From positions 1,216,001 to 1,280,000 of the forward strand of contig JASGHJ010000001.1 of the NCBI GenBank assembly GCA_047602405.1: a DNA stretch of 64,000 bases, read 5' to 3'. Every line of letters begins with the position of its first letter. Position 1 is the first letter of the stretch. A program made the translations under genes and the position numbers. This document shows, piece by piece, positions 54,866 to 64,000 of the stretch. Under the pieces are notes generated by a model that saw only the letters and a program-made list of their open reading frames with translations, had not been told where the DNA came from and made no database searches. This DNA comes from Anaeromyxobacteraceae bacterium (GTDB taxonomy: Bacteria; Myxococcota; Myxococcia; Myxococcales; Anaeromyxobacteraceae).

Positions 54866-55047
54866 TCAGTACGGGGCCGGTGTGCGACGGCGGGTGACGC
54901 GGACGGGTCGTCCGTTCGGAACCGGCCGGGCGGGCGCCGGGAGGGTCGATATCGGCGGACCGGGCGTGTCCGGCACCTCCGGGTCCCCGGTTCACGGGCC
55001 GGGCGTCCGCCTTGGTACGGGCCGCAACGCGCTGTAGTCTCGCGCGG

Positions 55048-57840
55048 ATGGCGACGGACCCTGCCTCGCCGCAACAGCCACCGTGCTCGAAGTGCGGGTA
55101 CCTCGCCGACACCTCGGCCGGGCCCGTCAACTTCTGCCCGGCCTGCGGCCAGGACCTGCGGCAGGCGGGCGCCTCCACCCCGAAGACCCTCAAGCACGCG
55201 TACATCGGGCAGGTCGTCGCCGAGCGCTACCGGCTCCTCTCGCTCGTCGGCGAGGGCGGCATGGGGGCGGTCTTCAAGGCCGAGCACGTCCGCATGGGGA
55301 AGGCGCTGGCGCTCAAGATCCTGCGCGGCGACTACGCGGACGACGAGGGGGCCATCGACCGGTTCCGGTCCGAGGCGGCGATCGTCTCCCGCCTCTCGCA
55401 CCCCCACACCATCGCGGTCTTCGACTTCGGCGAGGTGGAGGGCACGGGCGGGCTCTACCTCGCGATGGAGTACGTGCCGGGGAAGGACCTCGCCCACCTG
55501 CTCAAGGGCGAGGGCAAGCTCCACGAGGAGCGCGCCGCCGAGATCGGCCAGCAGATCCTGGGCTCGCTCGCCGAGGCGCACGAGGCCGGCATCGTCCACC
55601 GCGACGTGAAGCCCGGCAACGTGATGCTGATGCAGGCGCGCCCGGGCGAGGACTTCGTGAAGGTTCTCGACTTCGGCATCGCCAAGTTCCGCGACGAGAA
55701 GGGCTCGCTCACCGGCGCGGGCACCATCATCGGCACACCGAGCTACCTCGCGCCCGAGCAGGCGCGCGGCGACGACGTCGACAACCGCACCGACCTCTAC
55801 GCGCTCGGGTGCCTCCTCTACGAGCTCACCGCGGGGCACCCGCCCTTCGTGAAGAAGACGCCGATGGAGGTGGTGGGCGCGCACCTGAGGGAGGAGCCGC
55901 CGCCGCTCGAGCGCGAGGCGCCGCACGTCTCCACCCGCTTCGCCGAGATCGTCCACCGCGCGCTGCAGAAGGACCCTGCCGATCGCTGGCAGAACGCCGA
56001 CCAGATGCGCGACGCGCTCCTCGCGCTCGGGCGCGGGTCGCCCGCCGGCGAGGGCCAGCTCCCGGCCCACTTCACGACCGGCGAGCTCGAGATCGCGAAC
56101 CGCGACGACTTCAAGGAGTTCGAGGCGCAGCTCGCCGCGCTCGAGCGCAGCCACCGCGCGCTGCCGGTGGCGCTCGCCACGGCCGGGCTCGCGGTGGTGC
56201 TCGCCGCGCTCGTCGCCTGGCAGTGGGACGGCGTCTACGGGCTCCTCGCGCGGAAGCTCCCCGCGGTCGCGCAGGCCGTGCCGGCGGCGCTGCGGCCCGC
56301 CACGCTCTACGACGGCAACGAGCACGAGCCCAACGACGTGCCCGACCAGGCGAACCCGCTGCCCATCCCGCCCGGGCCCCAGGGCCAGCCGGCCGGCGGC
56401 GTCGCCGTGATGCGCGGCTTCATCGGGCCGAAGCTGTCGGAGGACGCCGGCGACGCGGACATCTACCGCATCGAGGTGCCGAAGGAGGCCGGCCTGCGCG
56501 TGCTCGCCGCGGAGTGGCACGGGGAGAAGCCGGGCGAGGGCATCCGGGGCCTCGACGTCGCGCTCTCCCTCAACCGCGCGCGCGAGGGCGGCGACCCGCG
56601 CTCGTCCGCGCCGCTCGTCGCGACCGTGAACCGCGGCGGGCCGGGCCGGCCCGAGCTGCTCGCCGCGTCGGTCGAGCCCGGCACGTACTTCCTCACGGTG
56701 CGCGAGGTGCACGGCCGCGCCACCGGGCCGGTGGAGAAGCCCAGCGACCCCTACGTGCTCGAGCTCCGGCTCGGCGAGGCCGGCCCCGGGCAGGAGCTCG
56801 AGCCGAACGACGCGCCCGACAGGGTCGCGGCCCGCTTCCAGCGCTACCCGGAGTGGCGCGAGCTCGCCTCGCGCAACGTCCTCGGCGAGGGGAGCCCGGT
56901 GCGCGGCGACACGAGCGCCGAGGACTGGGACACCTGGGCGGTCGCTCCGCGCCAGGCCGGCGAGGCGCCCGAGGCGATCGTGGGCATCCCCGAGCCCGAC
57001 CTCGCGCTCGAGGCGAAGCTCTGGACGCCCGACGGGAAGGACCTCGAGCCGCCGTCGCCGCCCGTCGACCGCGTCCGCTTCGGGAAGCCGCAGGCCGCCC
57101 GGCCGGGTGAGATCCTCGCGGTGAGGCTCGCGGGCGTGCCCCGGGCCGAGGCGCCCGCGCTCCTGGCGATCCACGCGGCCTCGGGCGCGGGCAGCTACGC
57201 GCTCCTCGGCCTCGGGCAGGGCGCTGCCGCGGCCGCCGCGGTGCGGGAGCAGGTCGACGCGCTCGCCCGCGACGGGCGGGAGGTCGCCGCGCTCCAGCTC
57301 GCCGCGGCCTACGCGGGCCTCGTGCCGCGCGCGCCCGGCCGTGCCGAGGCGCTCGTGGCCGCGGGCCGCATCGCCGAGTCGCTCGCCGATCGGGTCGACC
57401 CCGAGGTCGCCGCGCTGCACGACCGCGCGGCGAAGCTCCTCGGCGCGCCCATCTTCGAGGCGGCCGGCAACAGGGTCCGCTACCGCGGCGCCTTCGAGGC
57501 GCGCGTCCAGGGCGAGGGCCGCTCCGCGGAGGAGGCCGGGCTGCGCCTCGTGCGGCTCGCCGCGCCGTGCACGCCCGTCGAGGTGGCCGCGCGCGCGGCC
57601 GCGTTCCTCGCGAAGAAGCCCGCCGCCGACCTCGCCGAGGAGGCGCGCCTGCTGCGCGCCCGCGCGCTCGAGGAGGCCTACTTCGCGGCCCCCCGGGAGC
57701 GCGGTCGCCTCGGGGCGGCGCAGGACGCGTGGAGGGCGGTGGGGACCACCGGCCGGAACGGCGCCGAGGCGAAGGCGCGGCTGCGCGCGCTCGGCGCGAA
57801 GGCGCCGGCCCGGGCGAAGGTCGCGCCGGTCTGCGAGTAG
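55048..57840 (+). CDS. Hanks-type Ser/Thr kinase with N-terminal zinc ribbon, TM and extracellular domain
   Basis: CSKC..FCPAC; GEGGMG, HRDVKPGN, DFG, GTPSYLAPE; a TM helix, then two E.EPND motifs. Confidence 0.92.
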   Translation: MATDPASPQQPPCSKCGYLADTSAGPVNFCPACGQDLRQAGASTPKTLKHAYIGQVVAERYRLLSLVGEGGMGAVFKAEHVRMGKALALKILRGDYADDEGAIDRFRSEAAIVSRLSHPHTIAVFDFGEVEGTGGLYLAMEYVPGKDLAHLLKGEGKLHEERAAEIGQQILGSLAEAHEAGIVHRDVKPGNVMLMQARPGEDFVKVLDFGIAKFRDEKGSLTGAGTIIGTPSYLAPEQARGDDVDNRTDLYALGCLLYELTAGHPPFVKKTPMEVVGAHLREEPPPLEREAPHVSTRFAEIVHRALQKDPADRWQNADQMRDALLALGRGSPAGEGQLPAHFTTGELEIANRDDFKEFEAQLAALERSHRALPVALATAGLAVVLAALVAWQWDGVYGLLARKLPAVAQAVPAALRPATLYDGNEHEPNDVPDQANPLPIPPGPQGQPAGGVAVMRGFIGPKLSEDAGDADIYRIEVPKEAGLRVLAAEWHGEKPGEGIRGLDVALSLNRAREGGDPRSSAPLVATVNRGGPGRPELLAASVEPGTYFLTVREVHGRATGPVEKPSDPYVLELRLGEAGPGQELEPNDAPDRVAARFQRYPEWRELASRNVLGEGSPVRGDTSAEDWDTWAVAPRQAGEAPEAIVGIPEPDLALEAKLWTPDGKDLEPPSPPVDRVRFGKPQAARPGEILAVRLAGVPRAEAPALLAIHAASGAGSYALLGLGQGAAAAAAVREQVDALARDGREVAALQLAAAYAGLVPRAPGRAEALVAAGRIAESLADRVDPEVAALHDRAAKLLGAPIFEAAGNRVRYRGAFEARVQGEGRSAEEAGLRLVRLAAPCTPVEVAARAAAFLAKKPAADLAEEARLLRARALEEAYFAAPRERGRLGAAQDAWRAVGTTGRNGAEAKARLRALGAKAPARAKVAPVCE

Positions 57841-57935
57841 GCCGGCGTCGACGGCCCGGAGGGGAACGATCGCTCACGTCCTCGCGCCCGCGGGCGCGCG
57901 AGCGGAGTCGAGCCCATTTCGCCTACGATGGCGGG

Positions 57936-59411
57936 GTGACGTCCTCGTCCGCCCCGCCGCCCGCGGACCTCCTCGCGGTGATGCTCGCCTCCATGCGGGA
58001 GGGCGTCGTCGTGTACGGCGGCGGCGGCGAGCTCCTCCTCATGAACCCGGCCGCGGAGCGGATCCTGGGCTTCACGGCCGCCGAGTGGCGGTCCGCGGGC
58101 AGCCTGCGGGAGCGGGCCGACCTGCTCCGGCTCTCCCGCACCGACGGGACGCCCCTCCCGCTCGAGGACTCGCCCTCGGTCCGCGCCGCGCGGGGCGAGC
58201 CCAGCCAGGCCGAGCTGTTGCTGTCTCGCCGGGGGAAAGAGCGCGTTCGCGTCTGGGTGAACGCCTCTCCCATGCGAGGGCCGGACGGCGGGGTGTCCGG
58301 CTTCGTCACCACGTTCGACGACGTGACCGCGCACCGGGACGCAGAGGAGGCTGCGCGCGGCCACGCGGCCACCCTGGACGCCTTCCTCGCCAAGGCGCCG
58401 ATGATCGTGAACCTGCTCGACGAGGACCTGCGGTTCCTCGCCACCGACGCCCTCGCGCCGCGGTTCTTCGGGCTCGATCGGGAGAGCATCCGCGGGCGCA
58501 GCCTCTACGAGCTCAGCCCGGAGGCCCGGGTGGACGAGCCCCGGCTGCGCCAGGTCCTCGCGACCGGCGAGCCGGTCGCCGACCGCGACGTGGAGTTCAA
58601 GGTGCCCGGCCGCGCGGAGTCGGCGTGGTTCCGCACGTCGTCCTTCCCGGTGCCGCTCGCCGGAGGGCGGCGCGGCGTCGGGAGCGTCTCGATCGACATC
58701 ACCGAGCAGAAGCGCGCCGCGCGAGCGCTGGCGGAGCAGCGCGAGCAGCTGCGCGCGCTGACCCGCCGCCTGCAGGAGGTGCGAGAGGACGAGAAGCGGC
58801 GCCTCGCCCGCGACCTCCACGACGGCCTCGGCCAGGTCCTGACCGCGCTGCAGCTCGAGGTGCGCGCCGCGGAGGATCTCGTCGAGGAGCTGCCGGCGGA
58901 CGACCGGTCCGGACGCCTCGCGGACCGGCTCGTGGCCGCCCAGGAGCACTGCAGCTCGGCCCTGGAGCTCGTGCAGCGCATCGCGAGCGGACTGCGCTCG
59001 GAGGCCCTCGACCGGCTCGGGCTCGACGCGGCGCTGCGGCAGGAGCTGCGCCGGTTCCAGGCGCGCACCGGGCTCGCCGTCGAGGAGGCGCTCGCGCCCG
59101 TGCGGCTCGAGCCGCCGGTCGCGAGCGCGCTCTACCGGATCGCGCAGGAGGCGCTCACGAACGTGGTGCGCCACGCCGGCGCGCGGCGCGTGCTCGTCCG
59201 GCTGACCGCCGAGGCCCGGGCCACCGTGCTCGAGATCGCCGACGACGGGCGCGGGCTGCAGACGGTCCCTCGCGACGACGCCCGGCTCGGGCTCCTCGGC
59301 ATGCGCGAGCGCGCCCGCGAGTTCGGCGGCGACGTCGACGTCGAGGCGCGGCCGGGGGGCGGCACCCGCGTGGTCGCCCGGATCCCCTCGCCCCCGGAGG
59401 TCCCCGCGTGA
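57936..59411 (+). CDS. PAS-PAS sensor histidine kinase (HisKA_3)
   Basis: Two PAS-like regions; EKRRLARDLHD, QEALTNV.RH, DDGRG, GLLGMRER. Confidence 0.92.
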   Translation: MTSSSAPPPADLLAVMLASMREGVVVYGGGGELLLMNPAAERILGFTAAEWRSAGSLRERADLLRLSRTDGTPLPLEDSPSVRAARGEPSQAELLLSRRGKERVRVWVNASPMRGPDGGVSGFVTTFDDVTAHRDAEEAARGHAATLDAFLAKAPMIVNLLDEDLRFLATDALAPRFFGLDRESIRGRSLYELSPEARVDEPRLRQVLATGEPVADRDVEFKVPGRAESAWFRTSSFPVPLAGGRRGVGSVSIDITEQKRAARALAEQREQLRALTRRLQEVREDEKRRLARDLHDGLGQVLTALQLEVRAAEDLVEELPADDRSGRLADRLVAAQEHCSSALELVQRIASGLRSEALDRLGLDAALRQELRRFQARTGLAVEEALAPVRLEPPVASALYRIAQEALTNVVRHAGARRVLVRLTAEARATVLEIADDGRGLQTVPRDDARLGLLGMRERAREFGGDVDVEARPGGGTRVVARIPSPPEVPA

Positions 59412-60040
59412 CCCGCATCCTCCTCGTCGAGGACCACGAGCTCCTCCGGCACGGCACGCGGGGCGTCCTGGAGCAGGCGCTCCCGGGGGTCGAGATCGGC
59501 GAGGCGGGCGACGCGGCCGCCGCGTCCCGGCTCATCGCCGAGGGGCGGTGGGACCTCGGGATCGTCGACCTCAACCTGCCCGGCCGCTCGGGCCTGGAGC
59601 TCCTCGAGGAGCTCGCCGGAGGAGCGACCCCGCTCCGCATCCTCGTCCTGTCGGCCTCGCCGGAGGAGGAGCTCGCGATCCGGTGCCTGCGCCTCGGCGC
59701 GGTCGGGTACCTCACGAAGGCGAGCGCCGCGGCGGAGCTCGTGGTCGCGGTGAAGCGGGCGCTCGCGGGCGGCCGCTACGTGTCGCGGCGGCTCGGGGAG
59801 CTGCTCGCGGCCGAGCTCGGGGGCGTCTCCGACGCGCCCCTCCACGACGCGCTGTCGCCGCGCGAGCTGCAGGTCCTGAAGCTCCTCGCCGCCGGGCGCA
59901 CGCTGCGTGAGATCGGCGTCGAGCTGCACCTCTCGGAGAAGACGGTCGCGACGTACCGGGCCCGGATCGCGGAGAAGCTCGACATCTCCCGGCTCGCCGA
60001 CCTCGTCCGGTACGCCGTGAAGCACGGGCTCATCGCCTGA
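59408..60040 (+). CDS. NarL/LuxR family response regulator
   Basis: LLVEDH, VDLNLPG, GYLTK, LSPRELQVL, LSEKTV.TYR; GTGA overlap. Confidence 0.92.
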   Translation: MTRILLVEDHELLRHGTRGVLEQALPGVEIGEAGDAAAASRLIAEGRWDLGIVDLNLPGRSGLELLEELAGGATPLRILVLSASPEEELAIRCLRLGAVGYLTKASAAAELVVAVKRALAGGRYVSRRLGELLAAELGGVSDAPLHDALSPRELQVLKLLAAGRTLREIGVELHLSEKTVATYRARIAEKLDISRLADLVRYAVKHGLIA

Positions 60041-60061
60041 CCGGCGCGCCCGCGCGCGGCC

Positions 60062-61342
60062 TCAACGCAGCCCCGCCTCGATGGCGCGCGCCTCCTCGGC
60101 GAGGCCCTCCACGACGGCATGGAAGCCCTTGAACTGCTCGATCCGCGCCGCGGGGAGCCGGCGGCGCAGCTCGGCGGCGATGCGCGGCACGCGCGCGGTG
60201 CCGCCGGTGCAGCAGACCACCGTCACGTCGCCCGGCGCGACCCCCGCGTCGGCGAGCGTCGCGTCGAGGCAGGCGAGGATCGCGTCGACCTCGCGCTGGC
60301 TCCCCTGCTCGAACGCGCGGCGGGTGAGCGGCTCCCGGACGTCGATGTCGGCGTACTCGAAGCGCACCACCGTCTTCTCCGCCTCGGACACGGCCCGCTT
60401 CGCCTGCTCGATGGCCTCGAAGAGCGCGAAGCCCTGCGTGTCCTCGACGAGCACGCGCAGCTGATCCATCCGGCGCTGGTCGTCGGCGCCGAGCGACCAG
60501 CGCCGCACGTCGTCGAGGAAGCTCGCGACGTCCCGGCGCTGCAGCATCGACAGGTGCGCAGGCGAGAGGAGGTGGCTCATCACCCCGCTCGGCATGGTGA
60601 GCACGTTCTTCCCGAACGGGACCCGGTACTGGACCTCTGCGCCGAAGTGGCGGCTGACGCGCTCGCGCATGATGGAGGCGTCGAGCGCGTCGCCGGCGAT
60701 GCCCACGCCGCCCACCGCGAGCACCTCGCCGCCCGCCGCGTCGCCGGGCGCGAGGCGCAGCACGGTGAAGTCGGAGGTGCCGCCGCCGAAGTCGCCGACG
60801 AGCGCGAGCTCCTCCCTCGCCGTCGCCGCGCCGAACGCGCGCGCGGCGGCGACCGGCTCGGGGAGGAAGCGGACCTCCTCGAAGCCGGCGGCCTCGGCGG
60901 CCCGGCGCAGCCGGCCCTCGGCGAACGCGTCGTCCTCGCCCTGGAAGTGGACCGGCCGGCCGAGGAGCGCGCGCCTCACCTCGACGCCGAGGTGGCGGTC
61001 GGCGCGCTCGCGCATCGTCCGGAGCAGGTGGGCGACGAGGTCCTCGGCCGAGACCATCCGGCCGCGCACCACCGTGCCGCGGAAGTTCTTCGAGCCGAGG
61101 TGGTGCTTCACCGAGCGGAGCAGGCGCGCCTCGCCGCCGTGCTCCACGTACGCCGCGAGCGCCGCGGCGCCCACGAACGCGCCGCCCTCGTCCGGGAAGC
61201 ACAGGATGCTGCGGAGCACCGTCGGATCGGACGCATCCGGGTCGAGCGGCACCGGCGGGAAGGTGCGCTCGGCGCTCGCCGCCGCGAGGAGCGAGTTCGA
61301 GGTGCCGAAGTCGACGGCGTAGAGGGTGGGGCGGTCCGGCAC
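60062..61342 (-). CDS. Hsp70 family protein, YegD-like
   Basis: DFGTSNS, GRPVHF, EPVAAA, DFGGGTSDF, TGG. Confidence 0.88.
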   Translation of the reverse strand: MPDRPTLYAVDFGTSNSLLAAASAERTFPPVPLDPDASDPTVLRSILCFPDEGGAFVGAAALAAYVEHGGEARLLRSVKHHLGSKNFRGTVVRGRMVSAEDLVAHLLRTMRERADRHLGVEVRRALLGRPVHFQGEDDAFAEGRLRRAAEAAGFEEVRFLPEPVAAARAFGAATAREELALVGDFGGGTSDFTVLRLAPGDAAGGEVLAVGGVGIAGDALDASIMRERVSRHFGAEVQYRVPFGKNVLTMPSGVMSHLLSPAHLSMLQRRDVASFLDDVRRWSLGADDQRRMDQLRVLVEDTQGFALFEAIEQAKRAVSEAEKTVVRFEYADIDVREPLTRRAFEQGSQREVDAILACLDATLADAGVAPGDVTVVCCTGGTARVPRIAAELRRRLPAARIEQFKGFHAVVEGLAEEARAIEAGLR

Positions 61343-61461
61343 GGAGCGCGCGGAATTCTCACGGCCCGGGCCGGCGCGCAAGAGGCCGCGCGTCGGGCGC
61401 CCCTCGCGAGGGGCCCCGCAGGGTCCGGGCGAGCGGCGTCGAGCCACGGCACCACACCGCC

Positions 61462-61944
61462 ATGAGGGCCACCGTCCGGAAGGTCGCGACCTCGGCGGCC
61501 GCCACGCCCGAGCGCCGCCTCGCGTCCTTCGTCGCGAAGTTCACGCCGTCCATGGCCGCGCGCATCCGCGCCGCGCGCCGCAAGCTCCGCGCGCTCGTGC
61601 CCGGCGCGACCGAGCTCGTGTACGACAACTACAACTTCTTCGTGATCGGGTTCGGGCCCGGCCCGCGGCCCTCCGACGCGGTCCTGTCGCTCGCGTGCCA
61701 GCGCAGCGGGATCGCGCTCTGCTTCCTGCGCGGCGTCGGCCTGCCGGACCCCCAGGGGCTCCTGCGGGGGGCCGGCAGCCAGGTGCGTTCCATCAAGCTC
61801 GAGGACGACCGCACGCTCGACGCGGCGCCGGTGCGGGCGCTCGTGCGGGCCGCCGTCACGCGGTCGCGGACGCCCTTCGACCCGAAGGCGCGGCGCGCGC
61901 TCGTCATCCGCTCGGTGTCCGCGAAGCAGCGGCCGCGGCGGTGA
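61462..61944 (+). CDS. DUF1801-like protein
   Basis: ELVYDNYN, LPDPQGLL.G.G.QVR, SVSAKQRPRR. Confidence 0.7.
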   Translation: MRATVRKVATSAAATPERRLASFVAKFTPSMAARIRAARRKLRALVPGATELVYDNYNFFVIGFGPGPRPSDAVLSLACQRSGIALCFLRGVGLPDPQGLLRGAGSQVRSIKLEDDRTLDAAPVRALVRAAVTRSRTPFDPKARRALVIRSVSAKQRPRR

Positions 61945-61995
61945 GGGAAGGGCCAGCCACGGCGGCCCTCCCGCCCGCCTCACTCGCCTCACGGG

Positions 61996-62031
61996 AAAAG
62001 AAGAAGGGCCAGCCGGTCGGGCTGGCCCTTC
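61996..62031 (-). terminator. Rho-independent terminator of the rpsF-rpsR-rplI operon
   Basis: 12-bp stem GAAGGGCCAGCC/GGCTGGCCCTTC followed on the minus strand by TTCTTTT. Confidence 0.8.
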
Positions 62032-62080
62032 GTGGATCCAGGCTGACCTGGTTCCGCGGCGGACGGGGTCCGCCGCGGTG

Positions 62081-62527
62081 CTAGGCTTCCGCCTCGACCG
62101 TCAGCTTCACCTTGGCGACGACCTCGGAGTGCAGCTTCACCGGGATCTCGTGCGCGCCCACGGTCTTGATGGGCTCGGCGAGGTCGATGGAGCGGCGGTC
62201 GAGCTGGACGCCGCGGGCCGCGAGGGCCTCGGCGACGTCGAGCGCGGTGACCGAGCCGTACAGCTTGTCCTGCTCGCCGACCTTGCGCTTGAGCGTGATC
62301 GGGGTGTCGCTGAGGCGCTTCGCGACGGCCTCGGCGGAAGCCTTGAGCTTCGCCGCCTTGGCGGACGCCATCGCCTTCTCGTGCTCGAGCTCGCGCACGT
62401 TCTTCGTGCTCGCCGGCACGGCGAGGCCGCGCGGGATGAGGAAGTTCCGCCCGTAGCCGGGCTTCACGTCCACCACCTCGCCGCCCTTGCCGAGGTTGTC
62501 CACGTCTTCACGGAGGATGAGCTTCAT
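62081..62527 (-). CDS. rplI: 50S ribosomal protein L9
   Basis: [33 protein letters not shown]. Confidence 0.97.
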   Translation of the reverse strand: MKLILREDVDNLGKGGEVVDVKPGYGRNFLIPRGLAVPASTKNVRELEHEKAMASAKAAKLKASAEAVAKRLSDTPITLKRKVGEQDKLYGSVTALDVAEALAARGVQLDRRSIDLAEPIKTVGAHEIPVKLHSEVVAKVKLTVEAEA

Positions 62528-62539
62528 GGCTGGCCTCTC

Positions 62540-62992
62540 TCAGATCTGCCCGACGGTGTAGGGCAGGATCGCGAGCATGCGGGCCCGCTTGACCGCCGTG
62601 GCGACCTCGCGCTGGTGCTTCGCGCAGTTGCCGCTGATCCGCCGGGGGATGATCTTGCCGCGCTCGGTGAGGAAGTACTTGAGCTGGCCCTGGTCCTTGT
62701 AGTCGACCTTCAGCGCCTTGTCGGCGCAGAACCGGCAGACCTTGCGACGGCCGAAGCCGCGCCGCCCGCCGCCCTCGTCGCCGCCGCGGTCGTCGCCGCC
62801 GCGCCCGCCGCCGAAGCCGCGGTCCTCGCGGTCGCCGCCGCCGTAGCCGCCGCCCCCGCCACCGCCGCGCCCGCCGCCGTAGCCGCCGCCACCACCACCG
62901 AACCCGCCGCCGCCACCGCCGCCGAAGCCGCCGCCGCGGGGACCGCCGGAACCGCCACCCATCTTGGGACCGCCCATGTCAGGACGCGCCAT
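62540..62992 (-). CDS. rpsR: 30S ribosomal protein S18 with Gly-rich N-terminal extension
   Basis: [31 protein letters not shown]. Confidence 0.96.
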   Translation of the reverse strand: MARPDMGGPKMGGGSGGPRGGGFGGGGGGGFGGGGGGYGGGRGGGGGGGYGGGDREDRGFGGGRGGDDRGGDEGGGRRGFGRRKVCRFCADKALKVDYKDQGQLKYFLTERGKIIPRRISGNCAKHQREVATAVKRARMLAILPYTVGQI

Positions 62993-62995
62993 GGC

Positions 62996-63448
62996 CTACT
63001 CCTCCCGCTCTTCCGAGGGCTCGGCCTCGAAGCCGTCCTCACCAGGGGTGAACTCACCGCGCTCCTCGCGAGGCTTGGTCTCCTCCTCGGGGGCGGTGAT
63101 CTTGACGTCCTGCTCCACCTGGCGCGCCTCGAAGTCCACGTCCTCGGCCACCTTCACCGACTGGAACTTCTGGACGACGTCGAGCATGCGCAGGTTGCGC
63201 TCGAACTCGGCCACGAGGCCGGGCTTGCCGACGTACAGGCAGTGCATGTAGAGGGCCTTCGGGTTCTTGCCGACCGGGAAGGCGGTCTTCCGCTTCCCCT
63301 GGTTCGTGAACCGGATGACCTTCCCGCCCTCGCGGCTGACCACGCCGCGCAGGCGCTCCTTGATCTCCTCCACCTGGTCGTCGGGCGTCTCCGCCTTGAG
63401 CAGGTAGATGGTCTCGTACTCGCGCACGAGCTGCTTCGTCTCGGGCAT
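62996..63448 (-). CDS. rpsF: 30S ribosomal protein S6
   Basis: REYETIYLL, G.RK.AF; position upstream of rpsR-rplI. Confidence 0.93.
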   Translation of the reverse strand: MPETKQLVREYETIYLLKAETPDDQVEEIKERLRGVVSREGGKVIRFTNQGKRKTAFPVGKNPKALYMHCLYVGKPGLVAEFERNLRMLDVVQKFQSVKVAEDVDFEARQVEQDVKITAPEEETKPREERGEFTPGEDGFEAEPSEEREE

Positions 63449-63453
63449 CTTGT

Positions 63454-63500
63454 GCTCCCCTCGGGTCTGAAAGCGGCGGTTCACCCGCCGCGAGGAGTCC
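63454..63500 (-). promoter_or_regulatory. Probable S6:S18 ribosomal protein leader
   Basis: Minus strand CUCCUCG [GCGGCGG-GUGAA-CCGCCGC hairpin] UUUCAGACC CGAGGGGAG: an SD-containing stem with CC in the 3' internal loop, upstream of rpsF. Confidence 0.6.
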
Positions 63501-63579
63501 CTGTGAGTCCGCGTCCCGGCCCCATGCCGGTCCGCGGGTGCTTCCTTCAGCCGTCCTGCCCTGCGCCGCCGGCGTCCTG

Positions 63580-64000
63580 CTACCGGCGGTTGATCTGGTT
63601 CATCGCCTTCGCGGCGCCGAGCTCGCAGGCGAGCCGGGCCGCGTCGGTGGCGCGCTCGAGGCAGCCGTCCAGCTCCGCCTCCGCGCCCTTCGGGAACTTG
63701 CCGAGCACGTAGTCGGCCGGGTCCATGAACTGCGGCGGGCGGCCCACGCCGACCCGCACCCGCGCGTAGTTCGTGCCGCCCACGTGCGAGTTGACGCTCT
63801 TCACGCCGTTGTTGCCGCCGTGACCGCCGCCGACCTTGAGCTGCACCCGGTACTCGGCGAGCTCGAGGTCGTCGTGCACGACCACGAGATCCTCGAGGCC
63901 GAGCTTGTAGAAACGCAGCGCGGGGCCCACGGCCTCGCCCGACGCGTTCATGTAGGTCAGCGGCTTCATGACGAGGACGCGCTCGCCGGCGAGCTTCCCC
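63580..64000 (-). CDS. pth: Peptidyl-tRNA hydrolase (5' end truncated by window edge)
   Basis: [38 protein letters not shown]. Confidence 0.95.
   Translation of the reverse strand, partial: GKLAGERVLVMKPLTYMNASGEAVGPALRFYKLGLEDLVVVHDDLELAEYRVQLKVGGGHGGNNGVKSVNSHVGGTNYARVRVGVGRPPQFMDPADYVLGKFPKGAEAELDGCLERATDAARLACELGAAKAMNQINRR

Overview
Very GC-rich chromosomal segment. Gene content and style suggest Myxococcota, Anaeromyxobacter-like; this is inference, with no taxonomic search run. It is mostly housekeeping and accessory genes (lolA, rimO, yajQ, rnj, pcrA/uvrD, pabBC, ogt, glgC, mreB, pth-rpsF-rpsR-rplI), plus regulators, large lipoproteins and a Ser/Thr kinase. The highlight is a complete ~1.56 kb IS110 element (40499-42056) inserted at a CT core inside one copy of a dispersed REP-like palindrome. 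Its 282-nt upstream non-coding end folds, by eye, into a bridge-RNA-like structure whose loops match both the target palindrome and the element's own end junction. It also carries a competing stem that could sequester the recombinase Shine-Dalgarno. The same palindrome family occurs in five other places, in several cases inside genes and read in three different frames. Other candidates are a coupled cytoplasmic gluzincin protease + ComEC-like MBL hydrolase pair, a small Trp-ending peptide coupled to a diiron ferritin-like enzyme (RiPP-like), an RDD-pilin fusion, a membrane-anchored ECF sigma factor and a GH3 with a degenerate active site. Six genes each carry a single +1 insertion, most likely sequencing or assembly errors. 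No rRNA, tRNA or CRISPR array was seen.
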